DNA of 64,000 bases, from the IMG/VR virus record IMGVR_UViG_3300027282_000088, positions 18,420 through 82,419 of that record. The stretch is one strand, 5' to 3'. The notes below the pieces were generated by a model. That model was not told the DNA's origin. It saw nothing but the letters and a program-made list of their open reading frames with translations, and ran no database searches. Position numbers and translations under genes: made by a program. The DNA is from a virus. Taxonomy: Duplodnaviria; Caudoviricetes. Positions 9,312 through 17,903 of the stretch are shown here, piece by piece; the first letter of the stretch is position 1; every line of letters begins with the position of its first letter.

Positions 9312-9982
9312 TGGCGGTCCAGGTTTGGCCCATTCCGACGTCTGGATTTTTCGACCTCTTGGGGATCGAAGAGGCCACCTTTTATCTGCCGGGCGACAGC
9401 ACAAGCTCTGTCACGGCCGGGGGCGAGGTCATCACCCATCGGCGAGGGGCACGGCTCTGGCAGGGCGAGGTCGTTCTGGGCAAGTCGGAGCCCGACGTGA
9501 TCGCGGCGCAAGACGCGCTGATCGAGCACCTGCTCGAGCCGGGGGCGTCCTTTATGATCTATGACCGCCGTCAATTCGCGCCCCAAGACCCCGCCTATCC
9601 GGCAGGCATCAACTGGGCCGCGCAACCGGTCACGATCAAGAGCCTCGTGCCCGGCAACCGCGAACTGAGCCTGCAAGGCCTGCCGCCGAACTTCACCCTG
9701 CGGCGCGGGCAGAAAATCGGGTTTCAGTATCTGACGAGCCCCGTCCGATATAACGTCCACCGCATTCTCAATGCGACCGTCACGGCGGATAGCACCGGGG
9801 CGACTGCCCGGTTCGAGGTGTCCCCCTTCCTGCGACCCGGCGTCGTGGTCGGGGCCTCAGTGGTCGTTGATCGCCCGCAGGCGCGGGCAAAACTACTCAG
9901 CTTCAAACCGGGACCGGGGCGCTCGCGCCGCACCGAGGGCGGCAGCTTCACCTGGCAACAGACGCTGGGGGGCGGCGTATGA
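9311..9982 (+). CDS. distal tail protein (Dit-like)
   Basis: First gene after the tape measure; W.G.V.L pattern. Confidence 0.65.
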   Translation: MAVQVWPIPTSGFFDLLGIEEATFYLPGDSTSSVTAGGEVITHRRGARLWQGEVVLGKSEPDVIAAQDALIEHLLEPGASFMIYDRRQFAPQDPAYPAGINWAAQPVTIKSLVPGNRELSLQGLPPNFTLRRGQKIGFQYLTSPVRYNVHRILNATVTADSTGATARFEVSPFLRPGVVVGASVVVDRPQARAKLLSFKPGPGRSRRTEGGSFTWQQTLGGGV

Positions 9983-10638
9983 GCTTTGATCTCGCGCAGA
10001 CAGATCAGTTGGCCGAGCGCAGCGGCACGGATGCGCATATCCTCGTGTTGATCGAGCCACGCGACCGGGTCACGGGCGAGATCGTCCAGATGGGGCTCTG
10101 GACAGGGGACGATCACCAGACCTTTAGCGTCGACGGCGAAACCCATCTCTTTCTGGGCGCGGGCAATGTGATCGAGGTGCCGCCGATCCGCGCCGGGATT
10201 GGCCTTGAGGTACGCCGCAACCGGGTCATCCTGCCGCCAATGACGGATGCCGCAAAGCTCGCCTTGCAGGTCTATCAGGCCTCACAGGCGCGGGTGCGGG
10301 TCTGGTCACAGCCGATGGATATCTACACCGGCGCGCCGTTGGGCACGCCACAGCGCGTCATCAAGGGATGGTTAGAGACGGCACCGGAGACGCTGGGCAA
10401 GCTCGGCGATCAGTCGCGCACGGAGCTGGTGATTTCCTCGGCCGCGCGGCGGCTTACGTTTCGCCAGCCTCTCTTCAAATCTGACGCGGCACAACGGTTG
10501 CGCGACCCGGCCGACAGGTTCCGCGAATATGCCGCCAGCATCGCCGACCGCCCGATCCCATGGGGTCAGGAAACGGTCGTGACCGAGATCCCGCCAGCGC
10601 CACCGCCCTTGAACGTGGACGGAGACAACCGGCGATGA
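9979..10638 (+). CDS. minor tail/hub protein
   Basis: Position; G.W.G.D...F...G...FLG.G pattern. Confidence 0.6.
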   Translation: MSFDLAQTDQLAERSGTDAHILVLIEPRDRVTGEIVQMGLWTGDDHQTFSVDGETHLFLGAGNVIEVPPIRAGIGLEVRRNRVILPPMTDAAKLALQVYQASQARVRVWSQPMDIYTGAPLGTPQRVIKGWLETAPETLGKLGDQSRTELVISSAARRLTFRQPLFKSDAAQRLRDPADRFREYAASIADRPIPWGQETVVTEIPPAPPPLNVDGDNRR

Positions 10639-11036
10639 CGGGACGCGTGCATCTTCTGCGGCAATTCCTCGACGCCCGGCGCGCGGTAGCATTCCGGCCG
10701 AGCCTGTCCGACTGCGCAATGTTCGCGGCCGACTGGATCGCCGTGCTGACCGGGCAGGATCCGGCCGCACGGTGGCGCGGGCGCTATCGCAGCATTGAGG
10801 AGGGTCGCACGCTTCTAGCCGCCGACGGGTTCGCGTCGCCCGCCGAGGTTCTGGCACCGATCCTGTTGCCGGGCGCAGGCTGGATGCAGGCGCAGACCGG
10901 CGACGTGGCCGTGCTGATCGAGGCAGGCGAGGAGGTCATGGGCATCATCGGTGGCGGTCATATTCACGCACTGCGTCCCGGTCGCGGCCTTGGCGCTGCC
11001 CCACTAAATCGCGCCATCCGGATTTATCGGCCATGA
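10635..11036 (+). CDS. NlpC/P60-like tail assembly protein (DUF6950-like)
   Basis: DCAMFAADW, GQDPA..WRGRY, GDVA, H motifs. Confidence 0.7.
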   Translation: MTGRVHLLRQFLDARRAVAFRPSLSDCAMFAADWIAVLTGQDPAARWRGRYRSIEEGRTLLAADGFASPAEVLAPILLPGAGWMQAQTGDVAVLIEAGEEVMGIIGGGHIHALRPGRGLGAAPLNRAIRIYRP

Positions 11037-14000
11037 GACTGTTTGCTTGGATAGCGGCACTCGTGCTCGCCTCGACGGCACCCGCTTCGGCCGGGCCGCT
11101 GGCCGCCGCCGCCGCCGCCATCTTTGCCGGGATCACGGTCAAAGCCGTCGCGCTCTTTGCCCTGCGGCTATTCGCATCGGTCGGGCTAAGCCTGTTGCAA
11201 CAGCGCCGAGCCCGGCGCGGGCGCAACACCGCCTTCGGGCTGCAGGTGACCGCGACCACGCGCGGCGAGCTGGAGAGCGAGACCACAATCGTCGGCCTCT
11301 ACGCCACCAAAGGGCATCTGATCTATCACAACAGCCACGGCCCCAATAACAAATACTACCAGACCGTCATCGAGCTGGGCGGCCTGCCCGGGGCCACCTT
11401 CAGCCGCTTGATGGTGGACGGCGTCTATTCCGAGTTGGGGACAGAGGAACATCCCGACTACGGCTTTCCAGTCCTCGCCAAGCGCGACCTTGGCGTCGAT
11501 TATGCATGGATCAAGGTCTACGACGGCACCCAGACCGGCGCAGATCCGACACTCGTCGCCAAATATGCCGAGGACCCCGAGACGCCCTGGACAGAGGCAC
11601 ATATCGGGCACGGCATCCCCTACGCGATCCTGACGATGGAAGTGAGCTCCAAGGTCTGGCCCAATGGAGCGCCGGAGCAGCGCTATGAGGAGAACGGCAT
11701 CCCGTTCTACGATCCCCGCCTCGATAGCACGGTCGGCGGCACAGGCCTGCACCGCTGGGACGATCCAACGACATGGGGGCCGACACGCAATCCTATCGTG
11801 AAGACCTACAACATCCTGCGCGGCCTGTCGCTCCATGACGGCTCGATCTGGGGCGGCGAGGCCGACGCAGAGGATCTGCCGCTTTGGAACTGGGTGCCGG
11901 GCATGAACGCCTGCGACGTGGACGTGGACGGGCGGCCTCAGTACCAGTCCGGCTATGAGATCAAATTCGCCGAGGACACGTCCGGAGATGTGATCAACGA
12001 ATTGCTCGCCGCCTGCAACGGCCAGATCGCGGAGTTCGGGGGCTTCTGGTATATTCAGGTCGGCGCACCCGACATCGCCGTGGCCGCGATCACGGACGAC
12101 GATCTTCTGGTGACGGACGCCGCCACCAAAGACCCGTTTCCCGAACTGCTTGAGATCTTCAACCGGGTCACCGCCAAATATGTCTCGCCCGGCGCGCTCT
12201 GGAACGGCGTGCCCCTCGATCAGATCCGCAATCCCGACTGGGAGGCAGAGGACGGTATCGTGCGGAATTTCGAGCTGGACCTTCCGGCCGTGTTTAACCC
12301 GGGACAGGCCGGGCAACTGGCCGAGGACACGCTGCGCGACCATCGCCGCTGGCGGCGTCACGCCTGGCCACTGCCGCCCGACTATGCCGGTCTGCGCCCC
12401 CTCAATACTGTGGTCGTCACCAGCGCCTGGAACGACTACGACGCCAAGCTCTTCGAGGTCACGGAGATCGTGCTCGATCTGCACCGGTTGACCATTGTCA
12501 CCTCGCTACGCGAGCGCGACCCGGATGATTTCGAGATCGACCCGGCGTATGAGATCCCCGACCGCGCCTCTATCCTGCCCCGCCCAATCCCTACAGACGC
12601 AGGCCTGCCCTTTTTCGACGCCGACGCGCGCATTGTCACCAATCAGGCAGGCACCCGTGCGCATGCGGCCGTCGACGTCTTCTGGGATGCCTCCGGGATC
12701 GCCGAGACTATCAAGGGCATCGCCATTGAATGCCAAAAGCGCGAGACCGAGGAGGAGGTCTGGAGCGGCACCGTGCTCGATGTCGAGCGTGGCGCAATGA
12801 CCATCCAGCCCGTGCCGCCACTCACGAACCTGCGCGTGCGCGCCAAAGCGCTTTCTGACAATCGCCGAGGCACATGGACTGCATGGATCTGGGTGACCAC
12901 TGACGACGTGCGTATCCAGCGGGCTGATTTTGCTGCCGGTATCGAACCCGTCACGATTGTCGAGGGCACGCTCCCAACGGTCAAGCTGACCGAGGCGATC
13001 ATGTTTGAGAGCAAGCTCTATCGTTGGAGCGGCACGGCCTATGTCGCCACGGTGCCTGCCGTTGATGTCACTGGGCAGTTGACCGATGCGCAGATCGCGG
13101 CCTTGGCGGCGGCAAAACTGACCGGGCAGATACAGACACCGCAGATCGCGACCGGCGCAGTCACGGACGCCAAAATTGCGGGGCTTGCTGCCTCGAAAGT
13201 TACGGGTCAGTTAACCAACGCGCAGCTTGCCGCCATCGCAGCCGCAAAGGTGACGGGGCAAATCACCGGTACGCAAATCACGGACGGCGCGATTTCGACA
13301 CCCAAGATCGCTGTGGGTGCCGTGACCGCCTCGCAGATCGCAGCAGACACGATCACAGCCGCCAAGATCGCATCCGGCACGATTACAGCAACTGAGATTG
13401 CATCGGGCACCATTACCTCTGCCAAGATCGCGGCAGGCACGATCCAAGGATCCAACATCGCCGCAAACACGATCACCGCGTCACAGATAGCGGCCAGCAC
13501 CATCACTGCCTCTGAGATTGCGACGGGTGCTGTTACAGCGGTCAAGATCGCCGCCGCGACAATCACGGGTGATAAGATTGCGGGCACGACGATCACCGGT
13601 GACAAGATCGCCGGCAATACGATTACTGCGGCCAAGATCGCCTCGGGAACTGTCACCGCCGCTGAGATCGCGGCGGGCACCATCACAGGCGACAAGATTT
13701 CCGCCAACACGATAACGAGCGCACTGATCGCGACGGCTGCGATCAACGCCGGGCAAATCGCTACGAATGCAATCACAACGGCCAAGATCAACGGACGCGC
13801 TGTCACTGAGCCGTCCACGTTCTTCGAGAACTACGGCGGCGGCACCAAGACGCCCGCGACAGCCACGGCATGGAACAACGCGACGTCTTTCATTGTGAAC
13901 GTGCCGGATAGTGGCTCGCTTCTGATGATTGACTGCCATGTGAATTGGCTGCTGAACGGCGGGCCAACTGCTGGGTCGTGGGGGCTGCGTCTGCTGCTGA

Positions 14001-14176
14001 GCGGGTCGCCCTTTGACTCTCAGGGTGGTGCACATTTTCAGGAGCTTGTTCCGTTTCGGCGAACAATCTCAGTGGGGACTGGCAATCAGACAATCACGCT
14101 GGAATGCCAGCGCGGCTCGGGTGTGCCCTTCCTGATCCAGAACGTCCATTCCGTCGCCACGATCCTCAAGAGGTAA
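11033..14176 (+). CDS. host-specificity / central tail tip protein (TipJ-like) with fibre extension
   Basis: 1047 aa; VYDGTQT.ADP.L, YDPRLDST.GG.G.HRWDDP.TW motifs; C-terminal decapeptide repeats. Confidence 0.85.
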   Translation: MRLFAWIAALVLASTAPASAGPLAAAAAAIFAGITVKAVALFALRLFASVGLSLLQQRRARRGRNTAFGLQVTATTRGELESETTIVGLYATKGHLIYHNSHGPNNKYYQTVIELGGLPGATFSRLMVDGVYSELGTEEHPDYGFPVLAKRDLGVDYAWIKVYDGTQTGADPTLVAKYAEDPETPWTEAHIGHGIPYAILTMEVSSKVWPNGAPEQRYEENGIPFYDPRLDSTVGGTGLHRWDDPTTWGPTRNPIVKTYNILRGLSLHDGSIWGGEADAEDLPLWNWVPGMNACDVDVDGRPQYQSGYEIKFAEDTSGDVINELLAACNGQIAEFGGFWYIQVGAPDIAVAAITDDDLLVTDAATKDPFPELLEIFNRVTAKYVSPGALWNGVPLDQIRNPDWEAEDGIVRNFELDLPAVFNPGQAGQLAEDTLRDHRRWRRHAWPLPPDYAGLRPLNTVVVTSAWNDYDAKLFEVTEIVLDLHRLTIVTSLRERDPDDFEIDPAYEIPDRASILPRPIPTDAGLPFFDADARIVTNQAGTRAHAAVDVFWDASGIAETIKGIAIECQKRETEEEVWSGTVLDVERGAMTIQPVPPLTNLRVRAKALSDNRRGTWTAWIWVTTDDVRIQRADFAAGIEPVTIVEGTLPTVKLTEAIMFESKLYRWSGTAYVATVPAVDVTGQLTDAQIAALAAAKLTGQIQTPQIATGAVTDAKIAGLAASKVTGQLTNAQLAAIAAAKVTGQITGTQITDGAISTPKIAVGAVTASQIAADTITAAKIASGTITATEIASGTITSAKIAAGTIQGSNIAANTITASQIAASTITASEIATGAVTAVKIAAATITGDKIAGTTITGDKIAGNTITAAKIASGTVTAAEIAAGTITGDKISANTITSALIATAAINAGQIATNAITTAKINGRAVTEPSTFFENYGGGTKTPATATAWNNATSFIVNVPDSGSLLMIDCHVNWLLNGGPTAGSWGLRLLLSGSPFDSQGGAHFQELVPFRRTISVGTGNQTITLECQRGSGVPFLIQNVHSVATILKR
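13283..13792 (+). repeat. 17 in-register 30-nt / 10-aa repeats (xxxITaxKIA)
   Basis: DGAISTPKIA through TNAITTAKIN, counted from the translation. Confidence 0.85.
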
Positions 14177-14179
14177 CGC

Positions 14180-14587
14180 ATGACCGTCAGCGCCAACATC
14201 TATAACCCGGCCACGGGTCAGATCACGGGCCACGTTGAGGCATCGGCAAGCACCATTGCCGCCAATGTCACGCCTGAGCGGGGCCTGTTTGTCGGTGCGC
14301 TGGCAGACACTGCGACACACTACATTGCGTCGGACCCGCTGCGCATCGAGGCGCGCCCGACGATCACGCCGCCTGCCACCACGCAAGACACCGGCTGGGT
14401 TTATGACCTGTCCCTGCTACCCGTCGGGAGCGCGGTAACAGTGCGCAACGAAGTGGGCGACGAGCTCGTCATCATGAACCTGTCGGAGCCTCTGACGCTG
14501 GTCGATGCAGGCGTGTACGCCCTCGCCGTCGCCCCGCCGTTTCCGTGGGTCGGGTTTGATGCAGAGGTGGAGGTAAGCGATGCCTGA
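14180..14587 (+). CDS. tail-fibre-associated hypothetical protein
   Basis: 135 aa coupled ORF after TipJ; no homolog in B. Confidence 0.65.
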   Translation: MTVSANIYNPATGQITGHVEASASTIAANVTPERGLFVGALADTATHYIASDPLRIEARPTITPPATTQDTGWVYDLSLLPVGSAVTVRNEVGDELVIMNLSEPLTLVDAGVYALAVAPPFPWVGFDAEVEVSDA

Positions 14588-14921
14588 GTTCCGCCAAAAT
14601 ACACCCCGCGCACAGGCCATCCGCGCCGCCCAAATCAAGGCGGACTGCAGGACCCTCATCCTCTCCGTGGCCGACTTGGAAACACAGAGCAACATCGCCC
14701 AGGCGGGCATCCTGTTCTCGACAGCCACCATCAACGGCGCGGCGCGCGCCGACGCGCTGGCACTCGCAGGCCTCATCGAGGGCGACCAGGAGCGCGCCGT
14801 TGCATGGACCGCGTGGCGCAAGGCGATGCAGGCGGAGAGCCGTCGCGCCATCGAGGACGGGGATGCACCCGTCTGGCCAGACGTACCAACCGGGGTCGCG
14901 GAATTCGCGGCCCGACACTGA
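14580..14921 (+). CDS. tail fibre assembly chaperone-like protein
   Basis: AW..WRKAM....P.WP C-terminus; paralog at 57027. Confidence 0.6.
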   Translation: MPEFRQNTPRAQAIRAAQIKADCRTLILSVADLETQSNIAQAGILFSTATINGAARADALALAGLIEGDQERAVAWTAWRKAMQAESRRAIEDGDAPVWPDVPTGVAEFAARH

Positions 14922-14954
14922 AACCACGAACACCCAAACCAAAAGGAAACTGAC

Positions 14955-15359
14955 ATGTCGACCTTCTCCACCTACCTCGAAGCCGCCCTGCTCAATCACG
15001 TTTTTCGCAACACCCCGCTGCCCAGCCCCGAGGCGGTGTATCTGGCGCTCTTTACGGCCGCGCCCACTGACGCAGGCGGCGGCACTGAAGTGACCGGCAG
15101 CGGCTATGCCCGCGCGGCCGTGACCTTTGCCGCGCCCGCTGCCGATCCGGAGGATGGCACCCGACAGGCGGTGCTCAACGGCCCGGACGTCGTGTTTTCC
15201 TCGACCCACGATCCGGTGCAGAGCGTTGTTGCCGTCGCCTATTACGATGCGGCGACAGGGGGCAATTTTCTGAGCTGGTCGGCAATCCCCCCCGCCGATC
15301 TGGGCGTGGGCGCGGAGATCAAGTTCCCGGCGTCGAAACTCAAGGAATTCCTTTCCTGA
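14955..15359 (+). CDS. phage structural protein (fibre/spike adaptor-like)
   Basis: STYLEAALLNHVFRN...VYLALFTAAP.D.GG..EV.G.GYAR family signature; paralog at 57414. Confidence 0.7.
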   Translation: MSTFSTYLEAALLNHVFRNTPLPSPEAVYLALFTAAPTDAGGGTEVTGSGYARAAVTFAAPAADPEDGTRQAVLNGPDVVFSSTHDPVQSVVAVAYYDAATGGNFLSWSAIPPADLGVGAEIKFPASKLKEFLS

Positions 15360-15577
15360 TGAACCGCGTCGCCTATGAGAGCAACGGCGGCCCGGTGGTG
15401 GATGGCGTTCGCGCCATCCACGCCTGGAACGCGGCTCTCATGGCGGCAATCGACCTGCTCGAAAAATACGAGCGCCCGAATGTGAGCCTCAAGACCTTAA
15501 GTTCGGACACGTTCGACGCGGGGCGGATGGATCTCGCGGCCTCACTCAAGCGGGATCTCCGCGCTCTCAAGCTGTGA
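15359..15577 (+). CDS. hypothetical protein (72 aa)
   Basis: Translationally coupled; conserved paralog at 57818. Confidence 0.7.
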   Translation: MNRVAYESNGGPVVDGVRAIHAWNAALMAAIDLLEKYERPNVSLKTLSSDTFDAGRMDLAASLKRDLRALKL

Positions 15578-15599
15578 CATCACGTAAGGAAGCCCAAAG

Positions 15600-17069
15600 A
15601 TGGCGCTGATCACCACGAATCTTAAAGCTCAGTTCGAGACAACCAACACGGTTGTCTCCCCGACGCTGTGGGTGGACGAAGTCGCCGGGATTGAGCTAGT
15701 CCAAGAACACCTTATGACTGCGCCAGTGTTGCGGACAGGCGAAGAGGGAACACCTACTGGAGCGAGTTATTTTCAGTTTGTCGGTAGCATTGACGGACTT
15801 GGGAATGACACCTTATACGACCACGATCTGCCAGACGGGGCGGAGCCTCGTACGATGTACATCGTTGCCCGTTATCCTAACCAAGTGAACGCCGGTAACT
15901 TCAACGGCGTGATGTATGGCAATCCCTCTACGCGCCAGGCATTCGGTATGGTGATGAGCGGCACTGAAAAAGTGCTCACCGACTTCTGGGCGGCCAGCTA
16001 TGCGTCGGTCGATAGTTTCAACGATGACCTTTGGCATGTGCTAGCGGTCACTTTTGACGGGGAAGATGTTGAAGGGTTCATCGACAACGTGAACCTGATG
16101 GGCGGCACCCCGGCCACGCTCAACACGGTACTGGAACGCCTCTATATCAATTACAAACTCAGCAACAACAGCGGTGCCTTCATGGATTGTGCCGCTGTTT
16201 TGATCTATGCCGGGGCGCATAATCCGGCGCAGTTGGCTGAGACGAACGCCTATCTTCGCAACAAGTATATCGAGGAAATCCCTAGTGGCGGTGGGACGGT
16301 TGTTTCTGAGCGCGCCGCATCGAGTGGCGGCACCTCGGGTCTGAACGCCGCTCCTGTCTCCGTGCTCTCACGAACCGCATCGAACGGCGGCACATCGGGA
16401 GCTACGGCGGCCCCCGTTATCGTGCAGGGCCGCGCTGCGACCTCCGGCGGAACATCTGGTGCCGACGCGGCAGCCACTCTCGTCTCGGGTCGCGCTGGCG
16501 CATCCGGCGGCACCTCTGGCGCGTCTGCAAGCCCTGTCCGGATCGCCACGCGCAGCGCACCGGGCGGCGGCGCGTCGGGCTCGCCTGCGGCCCCTGTGCA
16601 GGTCGCGCTGCGCGGGGCATCAAGCGGCGGCGCGTCGGGATCCGAGGCCTTGCCCCAGGCGGGCACTCAAACAAGCCGCGGCGCCACGTCAGGAGGCGCA
16701 TCTGGGTCTGAGGCTATGGCGGTCCGTGTGCAGACGCGCAGCGCCTCCAGCGGCGGGGTCTCTGGCACCGGGGCCATGGCCGTGCATGTCAGCGTCAAGG
16801 CGGCGGCGTCAGGAGGGCTGTCAGGGGCAGAGGCCATACCCGCCGCAGTCACACTGCGCGCGGCCAACGCTGGCGGTGTGTCCGGCCTCACAGCCGAACC
16901 CACGCTGATCGCGGCCCGGTCTGCGGTCTCGGGAGGCACATCCGGGTCAGAGGCCGCACCCGCTGACACAAGCCGGGTGGTGGATTTCAGGGCAACGGCG
17001 CTCTGGGATGAACCACGCTTTACCGCTCTTTGGGATGAGCCACGTTTTGTGGCCGAATGGAGAGACTGA
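15600..17069 (+). CDS. putative fibre: LamG/lectin-like N-domain plus 11 ~20-aa RxAxSGGxSG repeats
   Basis: ND..WHVL.VTFDG...GFID lectin-like pattern; Gly/Ser/Ala repeats; ALWDEPRF x2 tail. Confidence 0.65.
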   Translation: MALITTNLKAQFETTNTVVSPTLWVDEVAGIELVQEHLMTAPVLRTGEEGTPTGASYFQFVGSIDGLGNDTLYDHDLPDGAEPRTMYIVARYPNQVNAGNFNGVMYGNPSTRQAFGMVMSGTEKVLTDFWAASYASVDSFNDDLWHVLAVTFDGEDVEGFIDNVNLMGGTPATLNTVLERLYINYKLSNNSGAFMDCAAVLIYAGAHNPAQLAETNAYLRNKYIEEIPSGGGTVVSERAASSGGTSGLNAAPVSVLSRTASNGGTSGATAAPVIVQGRAATSGGTSGADAAATLVSGRAGASGGTSGASASPVRIATRSAPGGGASGSPAAPVQVALRGASSGGASGSEALPQAGTQTSRGATSGGASGSEAMAVRVQTRSASSGGVSGTGAMAVHVSVKAAASGGLSGAEAIPAAVTLRAANAGGVSGLTAEPTLIAARSAVSGGTSGSEAAPADTSRVVDFRATALWDEPRFTALWDEPRFVAEWRD

Positions 17070-17362
17070 TGGACGAGATGAAGACCTTCGAGAAAAACAC
17101 CTATTCCGCCGTCATCACCTTTCTCAGGAAGGACAGCACCGCGCCCGATCTCAGCGGGGCCGCTGTAGAGGCATGGGCGCTCGGCGCTGGCCCCACCATC
17201 CCCTTGGGGGTGAGTGTCCTGGACGGCATGGCCGGCGTGGTGCGCGTGTTCTGGCCTGCGGAGACATTTGCGGCGGGGCTCTACGAGGTCCAGCTGCGCG
17301 CCTCGAAAGGCGGCAAGACGGAAACCTATGCGGCGCGCCTGACAGTCGCCCGGTCGATCTGA
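17069..17362 (+). CDS. small beta-rich structural protein (BppU N-terminal-like)
   Basis: DLSGA.V, G.V.V.WP..TF..G.YEVQL pattern; paralog at 59483. Confidence 0.55.
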   Translation: MDEMKTFEKNTYSAVITFLRKDSTAPDLSGAAVEAWALGAGPTIPLGVSVLDGMAGVVRVFWPAETFAAGLYEVQLRASKGGKTETYAARLTVARSI

Positions 17363-17533
17363 AGACATCCCCCAATGTGTGGGGATTACCCGGTGGCCGT
17401 GAGCGGCCGCCCTACAGGAGGCCCCGAGCGTGCTGGAGGGCACGCCCGGGCACGCGGGGCCAGTCACCAAACATACCCCCGCCGACCAGAAACACCTCAT
17501 GGCCGCTCCCTGCCCCAAGGGGGCGGCGGGACT

Positions 17534-17752
17534 ATGAGGCGATTCGATTTGGAAGGTCTAGAACTGCGTTGCTGCGCATGCAGCCGTTTGCTATTTAAAT
17601 ATCAGAGAGGGGCGCAAATATCCGGCGTCTCGATCAAATGCCCGCGCTGCCGGGCGATGAATATCCTGAGGCCAAGAGCCCTTCCCCAAACGCGCGATGC
17701 GCAGAGAGAAGGAGCCAAACTTGACCAGATCGACCACACTCCCGAAACCTGA
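17534..17752 (+). CDS. com: Mu Com-like zinc-finger regulator
   Basis: LRC..C.RLLFK...IKCPRC CxxC..CxxC; at the right end as in Mu; the exact start may be the TTG a few codons later. Confidence 0.85.
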   Translation: MRRFDLEGLELRCCACSRLLFKYQRGAQISGVSIKCPRCRAMNILRPRALPQTRDAQREGAKLDQIDHTPET

Positions 17753-17903
17753 GCTGCCGCCCGGTGCGCCGGGCCTGCCCAAAGGCGTCCGCTACCGGCG
17801 GCAATATGGCGTCATCGTCCTCCTCGAGGACGAGGTGGCTCAAATCAACGCCTTCGGCCGGTTGCGCCGCCAAGGCTTCAAATGCCGCGTGGTGGTCACA
17901 TGA
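17721..17903 (+). CDS. small conserved protein (60 aa) coupled to the ABC-GNAT gene
   Basis: AAGGAG RBS plus TTG inside com; QYGVIVLLEDE..Q...F.RL..QGFKCRVVVT; ATGA overlap with the next gene. Confidence 0.75.
   Translation: MTRSTTLPKPELPPGAPGLPKGVRYRRQYGVIVLLEDEVAQINAFGRLRRQGFKCRVVVT

Noticed and set aside
8159-9760. Long antisense and alternate-frame ORFs (e.g. 8159-9760, 11186-12484, 49418-51805, 17840-19057)
   Set aside because: Shadow ORFs of high-GC genes; they overlap well-supported phage genes and have no motifs.
13081-17050. Possible CRISPR array or DGR template/variable repeats in the repetitive fibre genes
   Set aside because: The repeats are in-frame and degenerate at codon third positions, with no constant repeat plus unique spacer pattern; no cas or reverse transcriptase gene and no adenine-specific repeat pair.
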